DNA of 64,000 nucleotides, from NCBI GenBank assembly GCA_951406725.2, contig OX597817.1, positions 111,910,001 through 111,974,000 on the forward strand, read 5' to 3'. The translations under genes were made by a program, and so were the position numbers. Each line of letters opens with the position of its first letter. Position 1 is the first letter of the stretch. Positions 12,363 through 22,767 of the stretch are shown in pieces. This stretch comes from Octopus vulgaris (lineage: Eukaryota). The notes under the pieces were generated by a model that saw nothing but the letters and a program-made list of their open reading frames with translations, was not told where the DNA came from and searched no databases.

Positions 12363-13430
12363 CATCATCATTTAACGTCTGTTTTCCAGACTGGCAAGCC
12401 AGGCTCCAGTCTGAGCTGGCAGTGTTTCTACAGCTGGATGCACCTTCCTTATGCCAACCACTCCGAGAGTGTAGTGGGTGCTTTTTATGTGCCACTGGCA
12501 CAGGGGAGGGGCTGGCATCGACCATGTTCAGATGGTTTTTTATGTGCCACCGGCACAGGAGCCAGTTGGGGAGCTGGGGCTGGCATCGACCATGTTTGGA
12601 TGGGGCTTTTTATGTCCACCAGCACGGGAAGCCAGTCAGGTGGCTCTGGCAGCAGTCCATGCATGAATGAATGGCGCTTATCGCATGCTACCAGCACTGG
12701 TAACGGCCACAACTACAATTTCCATTTGATTTGAGTTACTTGACTCAATAGGTCTCTTCAAGCATGGAATGTTGCCCAATGATTCAAAAGTACTTTTTAA
12801 TTGGGCTGGTTATGCAACACTGGTGTAGGCTATGGCTGTGATCTCACTTTCCTTGCCAGGTCTTCTCAATCATAGTATATCTCCAGAGGTCTTAGTCTTT
12901 CGTAATTGCCTCTGTGAGGTCCAACATTCGAAGGTCATTCTTCACCACCTCATCCCATATCTTCCAAGATCTCTCTCTTCCATGGGTTCCTTCCACTGTT
13001 AGGGAGTGACATTTCTTCACACAGCTCTCCTCATCCATACATAGCACATGACGATACCAGTGCAGTCATATCTCTCTTGCACACCACATCTGATGCTTCT
13101 TAAGTTCAACATTTCTCTTAGGGCGCTTACACTATGTCGTGTGTGCACACTGACATTACACATCCAGCAGATCATACTAGCTTCATTTCTTTCAAGCCTA
13201 CGCATGTCTTCAGCAGTCACGGCCCATGTTTCACTGCCATGAAGCATGGCAGTACATACACATGCATTGTACAATCTACCTTTCACCCTGAGTGAGAGGC
13301 CCTTTGACACCAGTAGATAGAGGTAGGAACTTTCTGAACTTTGCTCAGGCTATTTTTATTCTAGTGGCAACACTGAGCATCCACCCCCACTACAGACTTG
13401 GTTACCTAGGTAGTGGACGTTATTAGTGAC
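12363..13430 (-). mobile_element. RTE LINE 3' fragment (older copy)
   Basis: SKGLSLRVKGRLYNACVCTAMLHGSETWAVTAEDMRRLERNEASM (13017-13310), homologous to 4860-5100; tail catcatcatttaacgtc at 12363. Confidence 0.9.
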
Positions 13431-14047
13431 TTTAGACTCGAGGATGCCAAGAAGCAGACCAATCCAGAAAAGAAGGATTTGGAAGCCAAAGAACCCTTCA
13501 CATGGTCAGAGATTTAGGGACATCCTCACTGAGAAATTTGATGGGAGGGAGGAGGAGCTTCAGACTTCAGACAGAGAGGGTAAAAAACAGTAAAGAGTGT
13601 ATTGAATAACAATCTCAGATATGCAAAAAAGAATGACAGGTCATGACTGGAATGTTTTTTTTTATCTAAGGTCAGTTCAATCAGGGATGACATGGAGCTA
13701 AACAACAACACAGTTTTCAAATGATTAATATATTTGAGGTTCAGCAATTGCAATAGTAGCAGCATTTCTGTATATACACAGCACCATACAAATGCTGTCA
13801 GCTAGAAAGATATAGTTCTACATTGGTAATGTATCAGGGCTGAATGAAATATAGTAATTGAAATATTTTGTAAATCAAGGGAATGAGTGAGTGAGATTGA
13901 TTTTACATATGTTGCTAAAAATATGCACAGGGTTTTCAATATTGTAATATGTCCTATGTCCCATCATGGGCCGAATTACTCGCCAACTTTTAACTCTTGT
14001 CATGGTATCAATAACTAAGACTTTTGATTCATTCATGGCAATTACTG

Positions 14048-14132
<85 letters not shown>
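14048..14132. repeat. (GATA)n(GA)n microsatellite
   Basis: Seen directly. Confidence 0.95.
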
Positions 14133-14699
14133 TCAGCTATCTCATATGGCCAGTTAATTGCAAATGGAACAGTCAAAATGAAATTTCCTAAAACTCAAAA
14201 ATTAATCAATGCTAATTCTAGGTTAACAGACAACGTTCAAATTATTTGAAAAGTTTTATCAGGTACTAACTTCATGAAGTTGTACATGAAGGATATATTT
14301 AACACAACAGTTGGCCAAAAAAGATATTAAATCGAAAATGCAGATTTGATAAAATACATTTGAAGTTTTACAATCATTAAAAAGACAATCAAAAATTTCT
14401 TTGCTTTATTATTAATATCAGCCATTTATTCACATTTTATTAATCAACATTTCTCAATAATATTTATAAAAGGTATACATAACAATCATTATATCAATTT
14501 CATTAATGATAAAAATAAATGTAGAAAAATATTTAGTTGCAATTTAATGCAAACACATACATACCCATACACCCATAAATGTGTGATTTTGTAAGTAAAA
14601 ACTTTATTTTCAGGCAATACAATTAGCATTTATAAAAAGACAGAAAACTGATGGGGATTTTAAATGAGTTATTTTTTTTTATATTTCATAAATTTTAGC

Positions 14700-15277
14700 T
14701 TTATACATATATATACATATGATATATATATATACATACATATACATCCATATAAATATATATATATATACATATATATTCATACATACGTACATATATA
14801 TATATACATACATATACATCCATATAAATATATATATATACATATATATTCATACATACGTACATATATATATATATACATATATATTCATACATACGTA
14901 CATATATATATATATACATATTCATACATACATACGTACATATATATTCATACATACGTACATATATATACATATATATTCATACATACGTACATATATA
15001 TACATATATATTCATTCATACATACATATATATTCATATATACATACATATATATTCATACATATAAATACATACATATCCATACATATATAATACATAC
15101 ATATAAATACATACATATCCATACATATAAATACATACATATAAATACATACATATCCATACATATAAATACATATATATCCATACATATAAATACATAT
15201 ATATCCATACATATATATACATATATATCCATACATATATATATATATACATATATAAATACATATATGTATATATA
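14700..15277. repeat. Complex (TA/TACA) minisatellite
   Basis: Repeating tattcatacatacgtacatata and atccatacatataaatac units. Confidence 0.9.
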
Positions 15278-15343
15278 ATGAAAATATGTACGAAGCATGT
15301 TCAGGTATCAATGCATTACTGCTGTTTCAAGTGGCTCCATTTA

Positions 15344-15831
15344 ATCGATGAATAAAAACACTAAATGAATTTGAAAGAAACTCCTCTCCTCAGGGCATCT
15401 AACTATATAGATTTTCAACAAAGGATAAACCATTTTTAGCCTTTATAGTAAATTTATATCAGTACTAGAATCCAAAATATCTACTGTGTTTCATTATATG
15501 ATATTAATGGCAGAACGGTTGTAAACTATATGCTGCATAAAATCTCATAAATAAAAATAAGTAACTATCTCACCATTCCTATACATTGACTTCCACTATT
15601 TTCCTTTGCTACTCTCTAAATTATAGTATGTTTAAATAGGTATGCAGTATTCACTGAATTCATTCTGCCAGAAATATAACATACTGGAACAATGTAATTA
15701 TGTAAGTTTCTAGTACTGATATAAATCTACTATATATGCTAAAAATGGTTTATCCTTTACGTTGGAAATCTATATGATCATCTGCTCTGAGGAGAGTGGT
15801 TTCTTTGAAATTGGTGCAATATTTTCATTGA
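15344..15831. repeat. Long imperfect inverted repeat (arms ~15344-15539 and ~15641-15831)
   Basis: Perfect blocks 15420-15440/15738-15758 (21 bp) and 15452-15470/15708-15726 (19 bp), plus further colinear pairing. Confidence 0.9.
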
Positions 15832-16094
15832 TCAATTCCTGAACATCCTTATTACTTATTTGCATTGTGTTAACCTAACTTAGAGCTGTGTGGAATATAG
15901 CAAACTGGCTTGGTGCCTCAATTTAAGTACCTAATTCAACTGAATCTTAATTTTATATATATATATGTAGGTCCCGGGTTGAGTCGGGGTTAACCACAGT
16001 AAATAAGGTACTCAATACATAGCAGAGTAAATTAATTTATTTTATAGAAGGAGCTTCTACAGGACTAGAACTGTTACATTCAAATGAAATCTTC

Positions 16095-16151
16095 AGGAGC
16101 TTCCTGAAGATTTCATTTGAATGAAACAGTTCTAGTCCTGTAGAAGCTCCT
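16095..16151 (+). ncRNA. Type I hammerhead ribozyme candidate inside a near-perfect palindrome (16035-16166)
   Basis: Stem I AGGAGCTTC/GAAGCTCCT; core CTGAAGA; stem II TTC-ATTT-GAA (closing U.U non-canonical); GAAA; stem III ACAG/CTGT; cleavage triplet GTA at 16140-16142. Confidence 0.7.
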
Positions 16152-16160
16152 TCTATAAAA

Positions 16161-16198
<38 letters not shown>

Positions 16199-17006
16199 TA
16201 CATATAACAATGTAAACTGACTGAATCTACTACTTTATCTTATTAGATTTAATTATTTGAACTCTATATATTATAATCTACATTTTTAAGTATTTGGATT
16301 TAAAACAAAAATGCATTTTTGAATTAATGAAACATTATTACAAACAGTCAGACTGAAAAGTTATACTATAAAAATAGAGTAAATTTTGTTCAAACAAAAC
16401 AACTTGATTCTGGAAGCTTACATCATTTCAATTAAAGTAGATAATTGGAAGAAAGAAAAACAAAGTTTTTTAATAGCCAGATGGTTTGTGTTGATTTGCT
16501 ATTTTCTATATCATCCATTCATATAATCACTGGACCAACAAACACCAGAAGTTCTATGAACACATTAGTTGCTATCATATTTACCATTTGAATCACTGAA
16601 GTTGTTGGTGAATTGAATATTAGATGATTTATAATTTAAATAATTTAGTCTAATCAACAACATTAGTTTATGTTTGAGCCCAGCACATAAACGTTATTTT
16701 TTAAATGATATGTTTGTTATTGGAATTTTCTTTGTTCTAGAACCTTACCTACAAACACTTTAATTCTTGGATGCAGGGCTTGTTCCAAATACCTAATAAA
16801 TATCAATTCTTTCTACTTTTTACCATAAAATAATTTGATACATAATGCTTTATCTCAAAAACAGAAGGAAAAATAAAACTAACATCAACTGATACAATAA
16901 AATAATTTATAAGCAATTCTAGTTTGGAATGAAAAATATTAAGAATCACTAATAATTATTTTAAAGAATGTTTTGGGAATAAAAAAAATCCAGTAGAATG
17001 GCAAAA

Positions 17007-17022
17007 TTTATTATAATTTATT
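17007..17022 (-). promoter_or_regulatory. Candidate proximal polyadenylation signals of SCP2 (two AATAAA)
   Basis: TTTATT at 17007-17012 and 17017-17022, about 40-50 nt after the stop; chance hits are common in this AT-rich context. Confidence 0.3.
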
Positions 17023-17059
17023 AAAATCACACTGCTGTTATTTAAACTTCCAATTTCTA

Positions 17060-17155
17060 TCACAGTTTTGAAACTGTATTTTTAAGCTTCAAATTCCCTA
17101 GTTTCATTGCTAGGGCAACTTTTCCAGATACTTTCAGCTTACCACTCATGAAAGC
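17060..17155 (-). CDS. SCP2: SCP2/SCPx terminal coding exon with PTS1
   Basis: ttttcaag|GCT ... AAA CTG TGA; 96 nt; AFMSGKLKVSGKVALAMKLGNLKLKNTVSKL*; C-terminal SKL is a peroxisomal targeting signal. Confidence 0.96.
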   Translation of the reverse strand, partial: AFMSGKLKVSGKVALAMKLGNLKLKNTVSKL

Positions 17156-18084
17156 CTTGAAAAGAAAAACAGAAAAGACATATAAAAGACATGAAATTAT
17201 AGGGAGATGGAGTTACAATGAAAAACTCTTTCTATTACTATAAATATGAAAGGAGAATTATTTCAGGATTAATGCTCAAGTAGCATTCAATGGTATAAAA
17301 GAAATTTGTGCTTGTTTGTGTATAATAACAAAAGGCTATGAAACCATTTTTTATGGAATTTTATGTATTGAACAATTAAGATAATTTGTTAAGAGAATAT
17401 GGCATTTTTCATTAAACTAATATTTTACAAAAAAACATTCTTTTTCTAGAAAAATATTTCCTTTCATTCTCAAACTGTTTGAGAATTTCTTGAAGGTGTT
17501 TTATGAACAACACACTATACACAAAAAGGCAGTTATATGAGCCAATGAGGAAACCTCTATATGGTCACTTAACGACCAAATCTTCCTTAGATCATTTCTC
17601 TTCTGTATAGGATAGTCTCAGATACACTCTAGTTGATTTTGTTACGTCATTAAATTGAATATAGCATCAATGAAACTGGCATTGTTGACTGCATTTTTAC
17701 AACTTAATATAAATGTATTTATCAATTAGTGTTTTTGAGTGTTTAGAAAAATATAACTGACATTATGTTTGTAGCACTGATATATTACTAATATCATCCA
17801 CATAATATCCTCTCTATATTTCAAGTTCAAGTATAACCAAAGTCAACTTTGCCTTTCATCCTTTAGGGAGCCAATAAAAAATAGAATACAGTAACAGTTA
17901 AGTATTATAGTTGATATAATCAACTGTTTTCTCCCCTTAAATTAGAAATATTATGGATACTATTCTAATGTTTTACGTCATATAATCATATCTATTTTAA
18001 TGTAGCATGGATAATACCAGGCAAATCATTTTATTCTTAATGTCTATGTCCTTTTTATTATTATTATTATTATTTATGATTTAT

Positions 18085-18290
18085 CAAGGCGGTGAGCTGG
18101 CAGAATCATTAGCACACTGGGCAAAATGCTTAGCAGTATTTCATCCAACTATGTTCTGAGTTCAAATGCTGCCAGGGTTGATTTTGCCTTTCATCCTTTC
18201 AGGGTCAATAAATTAAGTACTAGTGAAATACTGGAGTTGATGTAATTGACTAGTCCCTTCCCCCAAAATTTCAGGCCTTATGCCTTTACC
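18085..18290 (+). mobile_element. SINE family B
   Basis: aaggcggtgagctggcagaatcattagc..gagttcaaat..ttgcctttcatcctttc..aataaattaagtac; also at 32513 and 37775. Confidence 0.8.
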
Positions 18291-18611
18291 ACCAAAACAA
18301 CATTCACTGAAGTTTCTTTCATTGAAAAAAATATGCATCCATTGTGTTCTCACCTCATGCCTCACAGAACAAGTTGCAGGCTTATTGCTGGCTATACTGG
18401 CATAGGGTGGAGTCTGCAATATATTTTTCAAACAGATTCTTCTGCCTAAGATCTGAATGCATCCCTTGTTAACCTGCATGGCAGACGATGCAGTATGGTT
18501 ATCCTTTTGAACCCTTTCCACATTGCACATACAAGCTGGTATTTGTAGTGGACCCACGGATAAAGACCAATAAACAAGAGTTTATTGGTAAAAAAATAAT
18601 AAACTGTAATA

Positions 18612-18832
18612 ACTGCTTCAAAATTTTAGCACAAAGCCAGACATTAAAGCGGAGGGGGTTAGTTGATTACATCAACTCCACTACTTGACTAGTACTTTAT
18701 TTTATCAACCCAAAAAGGATGAAAGATAAAGTTGACCTTGGTGAGATTTGAACTCAGAATGTAAATATTTGGTAGAAATACAGCTAAGCATTTTGTCTGG
18801 TGTGCTAACAATTCTACCAGCATTCTGCCTTT
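18612..18832 (-). mobile_element. SINE family B (antisense)
   Basis: Reverse complement of the same consensus (aaaggatgaaag..atttgaactcagaa..gctaagcatttt). Confidence 0.75.
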
Positions 18833-18984
18833 AGTAAGCTATAATAATGGGTTAGTGTCTTCTATTATAGCCTGGGGCTATAATAAAAAAAACACTTGCC
18901 CAAGATGCCTTGCAGTGGGACTAAGCCAGAAAAAAATGGCTGGTAAGTGAACTTCTTAACCACAGAGCTATAAATAAATATACA

Positions 18985-19346
18985 TATAGGCAAAATGACC
19001 AATGCTGGTGGAGTGCAAAAATCTCCTTTCAAGCGCTGGGCCTCACAGAGGCAATGACTAATGACCGAGACCTTTGGCATTATGTTGTGCTTGAGAAGAA
19101 GACCCATCAAGCCAAGTGAAATCACAGTCGTGGCTGATACTGGTGTCATGCAAATGACACATGTGCCAGGGGCACATAAAAGTACCCATTATACTCTCAG
19201 AATGGTTGGTATTAAGAAGGGCATCCAACCATAGAAACCATGCCAAATCAGACTAGAGTCTGATGCAGCCTCCCAGCTTGCTAGTCCTGGTCAAATCATC
19301 CAACCCATATCAGCATGGACAATGGACGTTAAATGATGATGATGAT
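18985..19346 (+). mobile_element. RTE LINE 3' end fragment
   Basis: gcaatgactaatgaccgagacctttgg..gggcatcca..gacgttaaatgatgatgatgat. Confidence 0.8.
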
Positions 19347-19821
19347 ATTATATATATATATCAATTTATGTGTGTGTGTGTGTATATATATCATCATCGT
19401 TAAACATCTGCCTTCCATGCAAGCATGGGTTGGACAGTTTGACAGGAGCCAGCCAGGTAGAAGACTACTCCGGGTTACTGTGTCTGTTTTGGCATATATC
19501 TGCAAACTTTTTCTTCCATTTGGACAGCTCTTTCTATAGGCATCAGTATTAACTTTCTCACCTGTATGTTCTGAAAATGTAATTTTCCCAAATAATGTGC
19601 ACTTCATATTAAAGGCTGTGATGAAACTATAGGATGTTACCTAAATTAACAGTCCAGAGACTCAACTAACAGTCTACCAGATAGCAGAAACAGCTGTAAG
19701 CTAATGTAGTTCATTACACAAACCTTTGTTTTTCTTCAGTGTCATCTCTTTGTTTATATATATATATATATATAAGATTAAGAAAGAATGATAGTAGAAA
19801 TTATAAAATTATGAAACTCAC

Positions 19822-19898
19822 CTGCTGTGGGTTAAGTTTTCCAGTCATTAAGAGTGGGAAATTTTCATCAGATATTTTAATCGTACAGTCAGCTTTCT
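19822..19898 (-). CDS. SCP2: SCP2/SCPx coding exon (SCP2 domain)
   Basis: ttcag|AG AAA ... CAG CAG|gtgag; 77 nt; (K)KADCTIKISDENFPLLMTGKLNPQQ. Confidence 0.95.
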
Positions 19899-21383
19899 CT
19901 GAAATTAACAAACAAAATATTTAGAAGTGATGTTATTTTCAAGTTATTTTAATAATAAAACAAAAGAAAAAAATGAAATCTATTCACTTTATTTAACTTT
20001 TGGTCAAGTTTGTCATATTCACTTCTTTCTCTGCTGCCAAGTATTATAAAATATAGTCATTACAATGATTGAATTGGAGGGACCTAACATGAGCTCTGTA
20101 TCTTCGTATTCCATTCTAACATAGGTTGCTTATTTCTAAGTTATTGCATCCTGCGTGTTTACAGCTGTATGCTTTTCCTTATGAACTGACTTGAGGAAGA
20201 GGAATAATATGCATTGTTTGAAAGCAGAATACAAAGAATTTATATGGATTTGAATTCGAAAACTTGGCCAGTATTTTAGCAACAAAACCATAGAATATCG
20301 ACCAGTTTTTTAATTATGCTCAAAATATTGCCTTTAACCCCTCACTGTTCAATAGATTTAGTAATAGTTAATCCATTCCTCCTTCATTTTAAAAAGTTGT
20401 TCTTGTACTTGCTCAAAAGAAATCTATTACACGCTTTTGGAAAAAAAAAGAAAAAAAGAAAAAGTTATCGAATAATGTACTAGCTTCAAATTGCAAAATC
20501 ATGACAACGGACACTTAAGCTAAAACCGCCCAATGTTTTACTCTTGTCTGATGCTTCACACATGCATAGAATTGTACAGAAATAGCAGACTTAAAAAATA
20601 CCAGACCATCACCAGAAAACCTGACATGCTAGACATTATTTCTGAAGAAACTTCCCTGCTTTCTAAAAAGCCAAAAGTGAAACATTGGGAGTTTGTTTCT
20701 TTTTGAGGCGATGGGTAGATGTTTGGGAAGGAGATTTTAGTGTTTCTTTAAGAAAAAAGGAAGAAGAAATTTCTTAAAGATTCGTACTATTTTTTTCTTT
20801 GTAGATTACAAAGAAAAAATTTGGAAAAAAGTAAAAATGAAGAAGTTGGGGTAGGGAGGAGGAAATTAAAATATTGAGAAAATGTTTTTTGGGTGAAATC
20901 CTAATCTCTTGTATCGAAAACAGGAATTGGAAGAAATTTAGGAAATATATAAGGAGGGAGGGGTGCAAATGTCACCTTGGACACATGCTACAAACAACAA
21001 GTAAAGGACAGGATTTCTGAGAAAACTTTCTTTTAAGTTTATATCAAAGATCAGGTTTTTAAATATGTTCATCACAAACACAAATTACAGAATAGATAAA
21101 GGTAATTTCAATTGGATCTGAGCTATAATTTTGCACGTGCACACAGCAAAAAATAACACAATTTGTACAGAAGTTTTACCCAGAGTGTGTGTGTGCCAAA
21201 GGAAGTTATTTTATGGCATTCTTTTGTTTGAAGCACCAAAGTTGTCATTAAAGTTTTTAAAATTTCTTTATGCTTTGAAGAGAGCAGAAATAGAAAGTGA
21301 AAAGGTGACACTGGCTTTGAAGTGAGAGCAGAAAGTGAAAGGAGAAAGTGAAAGATATATGCAAATGTATATGAAATGGACAT

Positions 21384-21384
21384 C

Positions 21385-21464
<80 letters not shown>

Positions 21465-21470
21465 TGTGTG
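21384..21470. repeat. (TG)n(GA)n microsatellite
   Basis: Seen directly. Confidence 0.95.
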
Positions 21471-21729
21471 AAGGTGTGTGTTGTCATGTATGAACCTCGC
21501 TAAGATAAATATTTCAATTAACCTGAAGATTGACTGTAACCATAACACGAATTATTACGAATTGTACAGCCATGAAACGATCGTAGTGTTTTACTCTTTA
21601 TCTTTTATTGAACTTTTAATACTTTTGATATATATTTAAAAGAGGAGCGTAGACTCAAACCCACCTGAAGACCGTTGTTCTCCCCAAAAGAAGAAACGTC
21701 GTCAAAACTCCAGTGGGGCGGATTTAGCT

Positions 21730-22767
21730 ATGAAACCTGACCACGATAAACGGTCTCCTGTTGACGCAGGGTCACCCTTGATTTCTTCCCTGGAGACGTC
21801 CAAACCAAAGGGAACAAAATCGAAGCGGCCAAAGAAGGCGAAGGAACCGGCGGTCATTCCTGCACATGATCGTTCCTGTGCGGATTCTTCCTCATCTGCC
21901 TTTTCGGTCCCGGAGGTTCCCCAACCTAGTTCGAGGAGCGTAGACTCAAACCCACCTGAAGACCGTTGTTCTCCCCAAAAGAAGAAACGTAGTCAAAACT
22001 CCAGAGGGGCAGATTTGGCTATGAAACCTGATCACGATAAAATCTGTTTGGATTCTCCTTCACTTGTCCTTCCCATTAATGCCATTGCTCAACCAATTCT
22101 GAACGATCTCGATGTGGGTTCATCTGGGGAGTGGTGCTCCCCCAAACCGAAGAAGAGGCAGTGCAGTTCCAAACCAGGCGGGAAAATTATGACCACTAAA
22201 TCCATTCCGATCGACCCCACAGGCCGACATAAGTCCGATGGCTATGAAACCACCCTTTCGAAATCCTCCAATGAAGAATCGAATACCGCAGCTCATAGTA
22301 GAGAACTTTTTGCCCACTCAAGATCGGCAATAATATATGGCAAGGCTGAATCCACCTGTGATACAGGCATAAACCGCCTAAAAGATGACATTAATTTTGT
22401 TTCCGTTTTGGTTGGAAAATTGTTCTCTGTGAACGAAAATATCAGTGTTCTTAAGGTCGCTCGGCTAGGAAGATTCCAAGCGAACCCAACCGCAGATACT
22501 AGACCACGCCCAATAAGGGTAATCTTTTCTTCTGATCGGGAGGCTTCAGTCTTTCTGAACAGAGCTCAGACGCATGCCTGGGAGGACCCCAATATGGGTT
22601 TTCACAAGGAATACTCACTAAGAGAGAGAATTCGCCGGAGGAACCTGATATCCGAGCTAAAGATGAGGAAACAAATGGGAGAGAAGGGTTTACGAATCCA
22701 AGATGGACAGATAATCAAGTCCTACCTCTGGTCCCATGCTGTAGTGCTGACAGGGAAAGTGATGTGA
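21730..22767 (+). CDS. LINE ORF1 protein (probably 5'-truncated)
   Basis: 345 aa; basic S/P-rich N-terminus; C-terminal RLGRF...RPRPIRVIF...SLRERIRRRNL typical of CR1-type ORF1. Confidence 0.75.
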   Translation: MKPDHDKRSPVDAGSPLISSLETSKPKGTKSKRPKKAKEPAVIPAHDRSCADSSSSAFSVPEVPQPSSRSVDSNPPEDRCSPQKKKRSQNSRGADLAMKPDHDKICLDSPSLVLPINAIAQPILNDLDVGSSGEWCSPKPKKRQCSSKPGGKIMTTKSIPIDPTGRHKSDGYETTLSKSSNEESNTAAHSRELFAHSRSAIIYGKAESTCDTGINRLKDDINFVSVLVGKLFSVNENISVLKVARLGRFQANPTADTRPRPIRVIFSSDREASVFLNRAQTHAWEDPNMGFHKEYSLRERIRRRNLISELKMRKQMGEKGLRIQDGQIIKSYLWSHAVVLTGKVM

